This document shows positions 1 through 11,600 of a stretch of 44,266 nt of DNA, one piece after another (positions within the stretch are counted from its first letter, which is position 1; every line of letters starts with the position of its first letter). The translations under genes and the position numbers were made by a program. The notes beneath the pieces were generated by a model, which made no database searches, was not told the DNA's origin, and saw only the letters and a program-made list of their open reading frames with translations. Source of the stretch: Octopus bimaculoides (lineage: Eukaryota); the NCBI RefSeq assembly GCF_001194135.2, contig NC_068996.1, forward strand, positions 51,071,408 to 51,115,673, given 5' to 3'.

Positions 1-150
1 TTTGGTCAATGTGTTGATAATGCTGCCACATTTTGGTCAATGTGTTGATAATGCTGCCACATTTTGGTCAATGTGTTGATAATGCTGCCACATTTTGGTC
101 AATGTGTTGATAATGCTGCCACATTTTGGTCAATGTGTTGCTAGTGCTGC
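1..150. repeat. 31-bp tandem repeat, ~5 copies, runs off the window start
   Basis: Unit ttttggtcaatgtgttgataatgctgccaca starts at 31, 62, 93 and 124 (last copy diverged); a partial unit starts at 1. Confidence 0.95.
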
Positions 151-902
151 CAGCCTGCCACCTTTTGCTATTTTACAGTTTGAATAAAAATGAAATTGAT
201 ATAAATCATTCTGTTTTGAACATCCATATTTTTATTTAATGAGCAAGTGGCACAAGGACAATAAACCTATCCAGTGACATTAAAAAAAAAAGTCTAGCAA
301 TAAAATTTCTTGGGGTAAGTAGGATGTAACAATATGTATTTTTAAACTTCTATAAAATGTCAATAACACCAGACTAATTTCTTTGTTCCCAAATATGATT
401 AAACCTATATAAGCCTTTCTTTTAATATACTTGATTGTAATTTAAATATTGTCATTATAAATATGTCATAAATTTGTGGTACCTGATACAAAAATGAAGT
501 CAATTAAATGTGCTGAAGTTATTTGTATGTGTGTGTTTGTATACATGTATATATATCTGTATACATGCGTATAAATGTGTATATGTATGTGTGTATGTTT
601 ACATGTACACATTTGTATATATTTATATACAATAATGAACTTACTGCATACAGTGTTCAGGTGCACTAAAACTCATCAACAGGTCACAAAATAATGCACA
701 GGAAGTGAACAGTGAATGAGGTGGGTTTAAAGAAAAAAACAGGTATATGTGTACGTATAATGTGATATGAAAAAAATCAGATTTTAGATAATTTTGTTTT
801 AAAATTAAATGACTTCTCAACAAATAAGAACTCAGATCATTATTCTTAATTTTTTATTCTTAAAATCCAAATACAATTTAAACTTTGGAGTTCATCTCCC
901 AG

Positions 903-978
903 ACTTGTGAAGCCAAAGTAGTTGCTATTCAACTTGGACTTTTATCAGGACGATGCCTGAAGGAAGAAGATATGAAGA
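903..978 (+). CDS. Candidate internal exon (TCEAKVVAIQLGLLSGRCLKEEDMK)
   Basis: catctcccag acceptor, 25 stop-free codons with coding-like composition, weak donor GA|gtaggg. Unconfirmed. Confidence 0.3.
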
Positions 979-1519
979 GTAGGGAAGGATTTTAAGAGGA
1001 TTGCAGTTTCGTTGGGGGTGGGGAAACAGCATGTTTCTTTTACTTTTTCATTCTTTTTTTTTGTATCTTTTTTATATTTTATTTCAATCTAAGAAAGTAG
1101 AATTCCACCAGTACATGATTTTCATGGTTTGGTTATGTTCTTTATTTTGTTTTGGCTATGCTGGAGCAAGTACCATAAAACATTTTGTCAATTTGTTCCT
1201 TTTTTTTTTCTATATTTTATTTATTTATTTTTTGTTATCTCCCTCTTTGTTTTTAAATTTTCTTTCTTTTAGTAATTTTGCATTAATTCCATATGTCTTG
1301 CCTTTATGATCATGTCTTTTGTGTTAGCAGCATCATTTCTTCCATTGCTCTGTTTGTGGTAACAACATCTCTGATGTCTTGGACTGTTTCAGGAAACTCT
1401 ACCGTTGGTTATTGCACTGTCACCAGTGCATTTATATAAACTATTAGGTTCACAGCTTTCCACGGATATGAGCCTGAATGAAAGGGTCTGTTACGATATT
1501 TCTCTTAATATGTGTCCCT

Positions 1520-1750
1520 GCTATCTATCTATCTATTTGTTTATTTACCTCCATGTCTGTCTATCTATCTATCCATCCATCCATCTACCTGTCTGTCTAT
1601 CTGTCTATCTATCTATCTATCTCTCTACCTATTTATCTCTCTACCTATTTATCTATCTACCTATCTGTCTATCTATCTATCTACCTACCAACCTATCTAC
1701 CTATCTATCTGTCTATCTATCTGTCTGTCTATCTACCTAGCTATCTACCA
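1520..1750. repeat. Compound (TCTA/CCTA/TCTG)n tetranucleotide microsatellite
   Basis: Direct reading; it explains the YLSI-type ORFs at 1405-1945. Confidence 0.95.
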
Positions 1751-2831
1751 CCTCTCTCTTGCCCTCTCCTTTTCTCTCATTCTCTCCCACTCTCTTTCTT
1801 TCTCTCTTTCTCCGTTTTATTGCTTTCTTCCTTTCTCTCTCACTCACACATCCAATTCCTTAGTTTTTGTACCATCTACACTATTTCTTCTAGTATGTCC
1901 TCTTTAGTTGGCTATTTATTATTCACCATTTTGTTTCATTTTTAGTTTTTCCTTCACTTACACCTTTATCTTGTAATTTACTATGATATGCACACTTTAG
2001 TTGAATAATCTTAGGAAACAAAATGCTATTCCCATGAGAACAAAAGAAGGCTATCAAGGTCTTCAATCTCCTTTTTGAACAACAAGAATTTAACCGAATT
2101 ATCTTTCATTTATTCTTCTTAACCATTTAAATTGCTAAACAAGCCATTGTGATTTGAACAACATTCATTCATCAGAGAATGAACTACTTTCGATTGTTAT
2201 TTAAAAGACAAGAAAGAAAGAAAGAGAAAAAGAAAAACCTATTTAAACTTTTCTTTCATAAATAACATTATCACCCACCCATCCTTAATGTTTGTGAATT
2301 TTCATTAATACAGAGGTTAAACAGAATAAATTTCAAAATTTTGTTTATGCTTGCTATATCAATGACTAAAGACCTTTGCACCCAATAAAGAAGTTCTGGT
2401 AAAATTCCAAGAAGATTATTTCTTTTTCAGTGTAGTTTGTTCTGAATAAATTGTGAAGAATATAATCAACCAGACCCTTCGTGATAATGTAATCAAAACG
2501 ATTGATTAAACTTGATCCAAGATGGCTGATTGGATACATTCATTGATTGAAATTTCCTGTTAGTAATTGATGAGTTCAAGCCTTCAACAGATGGGTGTTA
2601 TATTTTAAGTGACAGACTACTAGATTCTGCATTGCCTTATGTTCAACTATTCATCAAGAATATACATCAGATCAATTTGGCAATGTTCTCCCATATAAAC
2701 TTGTGTCCTTTGCAGCCTTAGTGGAAGGATAGACATTAATTTGCTTCACATTTTGAAACTGGACCTAAGAAAAGATCTTTAAAAACACTCTTTTAAAAGA
2801 CTTTTACACAAGTGATTAAGCACTGAAAATT

Positions 2832-2865
<34 letters not shown>

Positions 2866-2946
2866 TACATACACACATGCACAGACGATAGGTAGGAGCT
2901 AGATATACTCTGTATAAAAAACATGTAGCAATGCTCAAATGAATGA

Positions 2947-2977
<31 letters not shown>

Positions 2978-3608
2978 TTATTTATTTATGCACACGCATA
3001 CAAAAGAATTTAGAGATTCCATTTGTTTATTTATTGGTTGATGTTTACTTCTATAATAATGAAAGCAAAATTTTGTCTGTCCGTTTGGGACCCCTGTATC
3101 TTAGTCTACATTTGCTCTACATAGACATATTATACCTTTTTGGAATCAGGATGATCCTGGGATTGAAAATTTGGCCTTCATTTGGTTCTTAAACATCCAG
3201 CATTGGGATCTGATTAAAAAGCATTTGGGTTGCTATTTTTAGCAGGTAAAGCTTGGTTGATTCATACCATCTTGGTTGGCATTTGTTGGAAGACATCAAA
3301 GATCAAGGGGAAGATAAATGACATTTGCTTTGTTAATTTTACATCAACATAAGAACTTTGGGACAAATTGGCCAACAGTTGGAATTCAACTTGGGACTGG
3401 AACAATAAAAAGATTTGGATTACAGAATTAATTCTCATCCACCCTTAACCTCTGACCTAACACTACCGGGACATATAGTCATTATACATGCATTGTAATC
3501 ATGCTATTTAGCTCTCTTTAGTTTTGGGCTGCAGGCCCAGTTAGCCTTCTGCAGGAGCTGGCTTAGTTTAGCTTTCAACTCCCTCATTTAGTAATATATA
3601 TATATATA

Positions 3609-3918
3609 TTTTGTTTCAGTCATTAGACGCTAGGGCACCACCTTGTAAAATTTTAACTGAACAAATTGACCCAAGTACTTTTTTTTTTTCAAGCTTGGTA
3701 CTTATTCTATCAGTCCCTTTTGCCTAACTGCTAAGTTATGGGGTCATAAACACACATACACACAACAGGCTTCTTTCAGTCCAGATTCATTCACAAAGGC
3801 TTTGGTCAACTTGAAGTTATAGTAGAAGACTCTTACCTAAGGTGCCATGCAGTGAGACTGAACCTTGAACCATATTGTTGGGAAGCATATTTCTTACCAC
3901 ACAGTCACACCTGCACCT
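3609..3918 (-). mobile_element. tRNA-derived SINE, family B
   Basis: Homologous to 14787-15166 (-), 27530-27890 (+) and 31762-31880 (+). Shared head reads ...GGTTCAGTC[CT]CACTGC[AG]TGGCACCTT[AG]GG[CT]AAG... on the element strand. Confidence 0.85.
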
Positions 3919-4549
3919 ATAAATGTATGTATATGTGTGTATATATATATATATATAATAATTTTGGTTAGGCATTGTAATACAAATAACCAGTTCTTAG
4001 AGCTGAATGTATATATGCGTTAGAATAAAATGTTATGTGATTACAGAACATTAATTATTGAATAACAAAGGGACAGGAATTACATAATCAACTTTGTTAG
4101 CTTACAGCTGTTTCTGCTATAAGAAAGTACTGAGAGCTGAGGGCTTGTGCAATATCTTATAGCTTTATCTTCCATGACACATTTTTCAAACAAGAATGTA
4201 TGTGCTGTGTGTCAGGTGAATTAATTTCAAAGTAACCAAGAGAGTGGGTTGCTTTGTAAAATAAATAATTCTCATGTATCTGTTAGTGATTATTATCCCT
4301 TCAAATCCAGATCAGTTATAGATCTAACTTAAGAAGCTAGGTTGGGAGTTAAAGATTTGGCTAAGAGTAGTAGGTAGAGACCAACTTCAGCAAGTGTATA
4401 CAACACTATAAAAAATCAAAAAGTGGTGTTTCTTATCTAACAATTTTATTTTCTGAAGCCTTGCATTATCATGTTGGATTGAACTGGATTACCTGTGTTC
4501 AGTCCCCTGCAGGATGATGGCCTCAACATGTTTTCTCCATCAACCATAG

Positions 4550-4623
4550 TCTGATGTAAAGGCCATGAATCTGAGCTTGAGATCATGCTGGTTTGATGAG
4601 CTTACTCTGTCACACTGGCTTTG
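4550..4623 (+). CDS. Candidate exon (SDVKAMNLSLRSCWFDELTLSHWL)
   Basis: ttttctccatcaaccatag acceptor, TG|gtatgt donor, only one open frame. Joining it to 6117 would create TGA, so it is uncertain. Confidence 0.25.
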
Positions 4624-5038
4624 GTATGTAATGAGATTAAAGTAAAAATTTCATTCTAAATATGAACAGATTTCATATGGATAATATCCACAGATTTTCT
4701 TAATGAGACAGTGGCCAGATGTGATTGATACGAAAAGTTAAACTTGTTTATAAGATATTGTCAGGGAAAAGCAAAAAGAAAATTATGCTTTTGCCTAACA
4801 TAGGTTTAGACTAATAATTAAATTTTATGTCAGCATATTGGAATGTACTTTCTCAAAACTAAGTTACTTCAAGAATTACTTTAAAACACTTTTGCATAGC
4901 AATTATCATTCATCTTGATGTATGTTCCAGTCAACTAAGTCAAGACAAAGAAATATACATGAAATCTAATCAAGATTGCTATTAATTACTGTCTACATGT
5001 ATTGTATGTGTGTATGTATATATGTGTGTGTGTGTATA

Positions 5039-5264
5039 CTGTTGTGTCCGGGGAGAGGAATTCTCTTTTAGTGCCTTATAATTTAACACACTCACCGGTA
5101 AAATTTCCACTTATTTCTTTTTTATTTTTTTAAAAACTATTGAAAAGGTTGCAAGATGCAGCAAAAATTTTAGTAAAATAAAAAAGAAATAAGTGGTAAT
5201 TTTACTGGTGAGTGTGTTAAATTATAAGGCACCAAAAGAAAATGACTCTCCCCAGACACAACAG
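5039..5264. mobile_element. Fold-back MITE with ~85-90 bp inverted arms, TA-flanked on the left (Tc1/mariner-type)
   Basis: The left arm ctgttgtgtcc...gtgccttataatttaacacactcaccggtaaaatttccacttatttc pairs with the right arm gaaataagtggtaattttactggtgagtgtgttaaattataaggcacc...gacacaacag. Confidence 0.9.
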
Positions 5265-5509
5265 AATATGCTTCAACACACGAACTCACATAAAGAATCT
5301 TACAAACCAAATCCAAAAATGAAATATATATANNNNNNNNNNNNNNNNNNNNNNNNNNNNNNNNNNNNNNNNNNNNNNNNNNNNNNNNNNNNNNNNNNNN
5401 NNNNNNNNNNNNNNNNNTATATATATATATATATATATCCTGGCTGCATTATTATTATTACTATTCTTATGACTCTTGTGGCTAAGAAAGAAAGGATTAT
5501 TGTTACTAT

Positions 5510-5860
5510 TAGTAGGGCAATGACTAGCTAGACATCCTGAGTGTCAGATGAAATGCCTTGTATTAAGTTATGTCCCTATATACTCTTGGGTTAAAATCTT
5601 GCATGGATGGACTTTGCTTTGTCTCTTTCTGGGGTGTTAATAAAATAAAGTACCAGTGAAGTACTGGGGTCAATGTAATCAACTGCCCCTTATCCACAAA
5701 TTTGTGGCTTTGTGTCTATGTAAGAAACAATTATTAATTATTATTGTTATTATTATTATTAGCACATCAAACAAAATGCCTAGCTGCATTCTAAGTTCAT
5801 ATTCTGCTGAGGTCAACTTTGCCTTTCATCCTTTTGGGTTTGATAGAATTGTTACCAGTT
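5510..5860 (+). mobile_element. Decayed family A SINE plus a second fragment, joined by ATT repeats
   Basis: Contains the family A motifs actttgc(c)ttt and aataaagtaccagt...tactggggtcaatgtaatcaact, and is flanked by attattatt. Confidence 0.7.
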
Positions 5861-6116
5861 GAATGTGAGGTTGAATTTTCAGATGAAAGCAAACCATTTC
5901 TTCAGAAAAAGTTAATGCTATCCAAGCTCTAACGTCTGGAACCCACACTTTTTTTCCCCTTTCTTTTTATTATTAGTACACATGTTCCTTCATTGTAAAA
6001 ATGGTTCAGAATTATTTGATCTTTACAAAAGGAATCACAATTTCCCCTGATTTCTGAAAGATTAATTTTTAATTGTAAACGACCCCCTTTTTTTTTTTCT
6101 TTGTTTGTTATTATAG

Positions 6117-6148
6117 AATCGGTTGGGGAAGATTTTTAGTTGATTACA
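6117..6148 (+). CDS. Candidate 32-nt exon (IGWGRFLVDY)
   Basis: Long polypyrimidine tract ending ttatag, CA|gtaagt donor, one open frame. Confidence 0.35.
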
Positions 6149-6688
6149 GTAAGTTACTTACATTCGTACACAGGGCAACATTCACCCAGGGCAGGTTGAG
6201 CCAGTTCTGGCCAACAAGCTCACCATGTCCCTCATGAATCCTGACCACATACAATGCTAAGCCAACATCAATGTCACAGCAACAGGGACCACATGTGAAC
6301 TTGAACTCTACTTTTCATTACAATAAGTTAGAGGAAAAAAACCCAAAAAACCCCAACAGACAAACAATTCTATTCTTCAAGTTATTCTTATATATTATGA
6401 ACCAATTATAATTTCAATGTTACATTAATTAATTCCTGCACATAAACACATGAGTATTCTGATTTTCTTCCTGCAATTATTCTGGACAATTCTTCATGTT
6501 AGAGGGAGGACCCTGCTCTCAAAGAATTAAGGCATTATTTCCTCCCTCCCCTCTCACTCTGCCAAATCTTTTGTTGTTTCTGTGAAGAGCAAATTTTGTC
6601 AAACTGTTTTCGTTTTTGTTGTGTTGTTGTATTTTTTCTATTGCTGGATAATTCTTTTGTGTGTTCAAGCAAATGTGTGTATGTGTGC

Positions 6689-6775
<87 letters not shown>
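6689..6775. repeat. (CA)n(TA)n(TG)n self-complementary compound microsatellite
   Basis: attacacac...atatatag c gtgtgt...gtaat. Confidence 0.95.
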
Positions 6776-7733
6776 TTATTGGCTTTTTGTGAAATTTCCA
6801 CTTGAGTGTACTTTGGAGTCTCTTGCTTTACGTTTTCAGCAGTTATCGCTCAAAATCAATCACTGCACTGATCTATTTTTAGATGTTTCAATGTGCTGAT
6901 TATGTAAAGCTTTCCTTGTTGTTGTTGTTGTTGTTGTAGCTAATTTTATTCCTAAATGATTTTTCTTTTCTTTTTTCATTATCAATTATCATGTTGATTA
7001 ACTTTTCATGTTACATTTTCTGTCTGTTTTGAGGCTATGCTTACTTTTATCTTCATTCAAATTTTCGTTTTTTTCACTTTTATGGATTTTACTGTTAGTT
7101 TCTTTTGCTTAAAACAGCCAGTCTGTTTTTTAAAACTGGTTTATTATTGTTGCAGTTATTATTATTATTTATTATTATTATTATTATTTAGTAGTAATAG
7201 TTCTATTCATTTTAAATATCTGTATGTATATATGCACACACATACTCGTAGTTAATCAAAAATAGAATTTAAAATTCATTATTAGCAATAGAAGCAGTAA
7301 TGGTTTAGAATAGCATCCTGTATATCTTGCTTAACATAGATATACAATTGAAAGCTTATCATGCAGATGTATAAAATGCACTATATATCTATATGAGAAG
7401 CTTTCTCAAGAACAGCAGTTTTGTTGTTTTCCTACAGTATATCTGTTAAGATATACCAGAAGCTAATTAAAAATTCCTAGATAAATACTGGTGATAACAG
7501 CCATTCTAATCTGTTTCTCAGTTGAGAAACAGATATTCTTTTGCATTCCTTTGAATTGATTGTTCAAATACTCTGTAGGATATAAATCAGATAAGCGCTT
7601 GAGAAAACTTAATAAAATGAAGAAATGTGTTTAAATTCTTTTACTATATAGATTCTGAATGTTTTGTTTTGGGATAACATGTTAAAGAAACGAAACTGGT
7701 GACAGTATAAAATATTTAGGACTAATTATTTAA

Positions 7734-7947
7734 CCCTTCCGCATTCAGATTATGTTGTCAAATGTAGCACTTATTTATTCACATTGTTTTGAATTAATCA
7801 TGCATTATCTCATAGCTTTGAGATTTCAATGATGTGGTTATTTATTGGTAGAATGATATTGTAGCTGTAAGAGGCCAGATCTGGTCAGTTTGAACTTAAA
7901 ACAGATAGAATATTTGGCTGGAAATGGCCAGTTTAAATGATAAAGGG
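7734..7947. mobile_element. Non-autonomous piggyBac-type MITE (214 bp)
   Basis: TTAA|CCCTT...AAGGG|TTAA; same family as 23774-23947 and 27185-27342. Confidence 0.88.
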
Positions 7948-8654
7948 TTAAAGTAATTTCATGATTGATACAAAAAATTTAAATATATACTTTATTATTA
8001 TGGTTTTCCATATATTTATTATATTGTCTGATGTATTTTGTCATGTATATACTACAATATATATAGTTTTGCATCATTTGCATGTGTTTATCTTACACAC
8101 CACAACAACCGCAGATATTTTGCGGGGATTTTTCCTTGCACTTTTTTCTTTATAAAAAGATAAGTCTTTCGCAATGATTTAATTATAAATGTCCAATTGT
8201 GTATAAAATGAATTTATTGACTTTGTTTTTCCCTTTTTTTTTTTTCGTCTTCATTATGAACGTGTAGTTTCCTTGTTTTAATTATCACGCCATCTAATCC
8301 TGGGCTGTTTCTTGTTGCTGAACTAACGACTTTCTTATCAAGGGAAATAATAGGGATGTCTAAATATCTTCTTTCAAAACCCTTACACTCACAAATAACT
8401 GTTGCTCTCATTTAATACAAAGGGGTCCTATAGAATACTTATAAAAAAAAAAACCTATTTTTCAAGAGGTTTTGATTTAATCATACTTATTTTGTAAACT
8501 ATTCTATCATTTCTAAGAAGTGTCAAGACTCTCTGAATCATTCAATATCATCACCATCATCACCACCTCCGTCATCATCATCACCACATCCATCACAAAA
8601 TATTAACAATACTTTCCTTCACTAACACAATGTCTTTGCAATATTTTTATGTCA

Positions 8655-8850
8655 TGAGGCAGTAAATTGGCTATGCTGTAAGTAGTTCAGTCAAAATAGC
8701 TTAGGTGTGTATATTTACATTCTAGGTTCAAATCTTGCTAAAGATGTTTTCTTCTTGGGTTTAATGAAATAATGTCAAGTACTTAAAGTCAATTCAGCTA
8801 GCTGTTTCTTCCCCTGAATTTTGTGGCCTGTGCTTCACTTAGAAGAAACT
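8655..8850 (+). mobile_element. Decayed family A SINE
   Basis: ggcagtaaattggc...ggttcaaatc (B-box-like)...cccctgaattttgtggcctgtgc. Confidence 0.6.
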
Positions 8851-9021
8851 GACATTTCTGTTTTAAGCAAGTGGAGTAATATTCAATGTATTGACAGCAT
8901 CGTCTCGCAGTGCTCGCTGCAGGATGGTATTGTTAACATGAAGGCGTCAGTGATGTCCTTGTTTGAAAAGTTAAAACAAACAGACAGACAAGCAAAAACA
9001 AAAGTGTTTAGTAACATAATA

Positions 9022-9439
9022 CCGTAAATCCTTGAGTATAATCTGCACTTTTTTCCCAAAATTTAAAGGTCAAAATTTCTAGTGCGTACTATATACGAGG
9101 TTAAAAATGAGAAATATTTTCTAAGCAATGTCTGAGTATCTATTTGCTGTCCGGCAATGTTTATTCAGGCGCATTTTGTGATGTCGGGTGCAAAAATACC
9201 TTAAGCTATATTTATTTTTCACTGACGTTATTACTGTTATTTCTTTATTTTCTGCAAACAAAGTGGACAAAAAAGCTACGTGTTTGCATTATGTTATATA
9301 TACAATAATAATAAGGGACGTTTACAAGCTAAAGACATTATATAGACTTCCTTGACTCAAGTTAGAGAAGGGGTGTGTAGGTTTTTCAGAGGTACAGCCC
9401 CCTAAAAATCCCCTGCGGACTATACTCGAAGATTTACAC
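9022..9439. mobile_element. Tc1/mariner-superfamily (pogo/Tc2-like) MITE
   Basis: TA|ccgtaaatccttgagtataatctgca ... tgcggactatactcgaagatttacac|TA: imperfect ~26-bp TIRs with a TA TSD. Confidence 0.8.
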
Positions 9440-10180
9440 TACCTCAAATGAGAATAAATGTGCAAAGACTTACTGATTTGTTTTTAAGCAGTTGTGTTAG
9501 ATAACAGGTTTGCTGGTTGTTGTTCCATAATGAAGGGTTAGTTTATTGGCTTTGATTGTAGAATGATTAATTAGGTAGTTTCAGTGCTGTATTTGGTTTG
9601 TAAGATAACTGAATTGAATTCATGTGTTGAGTATTTTGTTATGCCTTGGGAGGGTCGTTATGCCAAAATAAACACACACACTAGTTCTGTTTCATTTCTC
9701 TATTATTATTATTCATCAGTTGGTTGACTATTTAACCATTTAACTAATTGTTTCACATGATCTTCCTTCTAAAGACATTTATTTTGGCATTGTGAATTAC
9801 AAAGCCTCACATTAGTTTCAGGTTAATTCAGTTTCCAATAACGGGTCCCCAATACCCCTCTTTCACTTCTCAGGCATCTAAGCTGGTGATAGGAAAATGG
9901 AGTGGGTGGTGTTAAGTTTTTCCTAGTGAGGAAAATATCCTGAATAAAAAGGGACATTAATAGATTAGTGTTTAAGAATGGGTTCTTTGAAGTGAGACAA
10001 TAATGAGGCCAGTAAGAAGAGGGTGAATTAGTGCTACTAAACGAGTTCAGCTAGAGGTACTACTGGAAACATTGACTGAGTAATTAATTACTGAAGAATT
10101 AACTAAATAATCAGCAGTAGGTTTAATTGTTATAGTTTTGTGTTGTCAGTATTGTCGTTTTATAATTATTATTTCCTTTG

Positions 10181-10537
10181 TGGAGGTGCAATGGACTTGT
10201 GGTCATAGGATCGGGGTTTCGATTCCCAGACCGGGCGTTGTGAGTGTTTATTGAGCGAAAACATCCAAAACTCCATGAGGCTCCCGCAAGGGATGGTGGC
10301 GAACCCTGCTGTACTCTTTCACCACAACTTTCTCTCACTCTTACTTCCTGTTTCTGTTGTACCTGTATTTCAAAGGGTCAGCCTTGTCACACTGTGTCAC
10401 GCTGAATATCCCCGAGAACTACGTTAAGGGTACACGTGTCTGTGGAGTGCTCAGCCACTTGCACGTTAATTTCACGAGCAGGCTGTTCCGTTGATTGGAT
10501 AAACTGGAACCCTTATCATTATAACCAATGCAGTGCC
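10181..10537 (+). mobile_element. tRNA-derived SINE, family C
   Basis: Closely similar to the reverse complement of 24132-24499. B-box GTTTCGATTCC is present; the A-box segment is deleted in this copy. Confidence 0.92.
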
Positions 10538-10639
10538 ATATATTATTTACTTTCCTGGAAATCAGTGCCCAGAAGTGAGTTACAATAATTTTATGTTAAT
10601 TTGATGGTGTATTTATTTGTAGTGGTGGTGGTAGTAGTA

Positions 10640-10820
10640 GTAGAATTGTTTGCACATTGGACAAAGGTGCCTTGCAGTATTTGATCCTGCACCTTACATA
10701 CCTGGCTTAACCTCTGCCAAGGTGAACTTTGCCTTTTGTCCTTGGTAGCAATCTAGTACTGGGGTTGATTAAATTGATTAACTACTTCCCTGAAATTTGC
10801 ATATTTGTGCCTATATTAGA
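10640..10820 (+). mobile_element. Decayed family A SINE
   Basis: gccaaggtgaactttgcctttt...tactggggttgat...gtgcctatattagaaatgattatt. Confidence 0.65.
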
Positions 10821-11009
10821 AATGATTATTGTTATATGCTTTGCCTCTTTTTCCTTCTCTCTAAATGGAGGGCTTTTGTCCTTGAGCCAAAACATTAAAA
10901 AGACAAAAAAAAGAAGCATTATTGTCCTTATACAATATTATCTACCATTATAGCTTCTTTAATGTCAGATTTGCAGATGTCTTACTTTTCTGTGACATTT
11001 CCTAGAGGG

Positions 11010-11600
11010 CTCTCACTCTTAAGAAATTTAGTGAAAGTGCTGTTGTTACCGTTGACATCAGGAAAGCTCTTGACCATGGCCACCATGCAAATCTCCTTAC
11101 CATTTCTAGACTTCATTCATTTATTATGTCAAGGAGTGCTGATTTTCTATCTTGTGGGCTGCAACCACATTTCAAACACTAGCACTTCTCTTCAAGGCCA
11201 GGAGGTACTTCAGCTGCCCCAACAATTCTTGGTACTGCACAAAGCTCAGGTAAAGCATCCAATGGAGTGTTGCTGTCACACCTGAGACAGGACAGACATC
11301 CTAAATCACATCTAGATTTTCTGACCCTCCAACTGATTGGTATCAAGTCACTCAATGGCGCACTCCAGCTCCTGCCCCACAGACATGCTGTCTTGTCTCT
11401 GTCTTTTCTACTGCTGTATACATTGGCCTTTGTCCCTTGGAGCGGGCTTGTGATTCACTTATCTCTTCTTGCTACATCCATGTTGTGTCCAGCACATTAA
11501 AACCCTGCACTGACCACCACACCCAATACTTCCTTCCCACACTGTTGGATCTCCGGAATTCTCTCCCTGCTTTTATCTTTACTGCAGATTTCAACTTAAA
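11010..11600 (+). pseudogene. Degenerate CR1/Jockey-like LINE RT and 3' fragment
   Basis: Frames give VDIRKALDH (cf. LDISKAFD), LHKAQVKHPMEC (cf. LYKAQVRPxMEY) and RNSLP (cf. WNSLP). Same type as 35640-36055. Confidence 0.75.

Noticed and set aside
1-150. Repeat array as CRISPR
   Set aside because: The units are contiguous with no unique spacers, and the context is eukaryotic.
1405-1945. Three overlapping ORFs of 111-155 aa
   Set aside because: They are translations of a (TCTA)n microsatellite. The same applies to the ORFs at 6535-6805, 21139-21376, 38197-38469, 41832-42101 and 43453-43740.
3046-3480. Helitron-like start (tctataataatgaaagc...gtctgtccg)
   Set aside because: There is no convincing 3' hairpin plus CTRR end and no second copy in the window.
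4550-6148. In-frame TGA from joining 4623 to 6117, read as selenocysteine
   Set aside because: The context (HWL-U-IGWG) matches no selenoprotein family I know, I saw no SECIS, and both exons are unconfirmed.
8868-8926. Candidate exon (SGVIFNVLTASSRSARCRM) that would bridge phases between 6148 and 13636
   Set aside because: It lies between a SINE remnant and a MITE and has only a modest donor; the phase fit alone is not enough.
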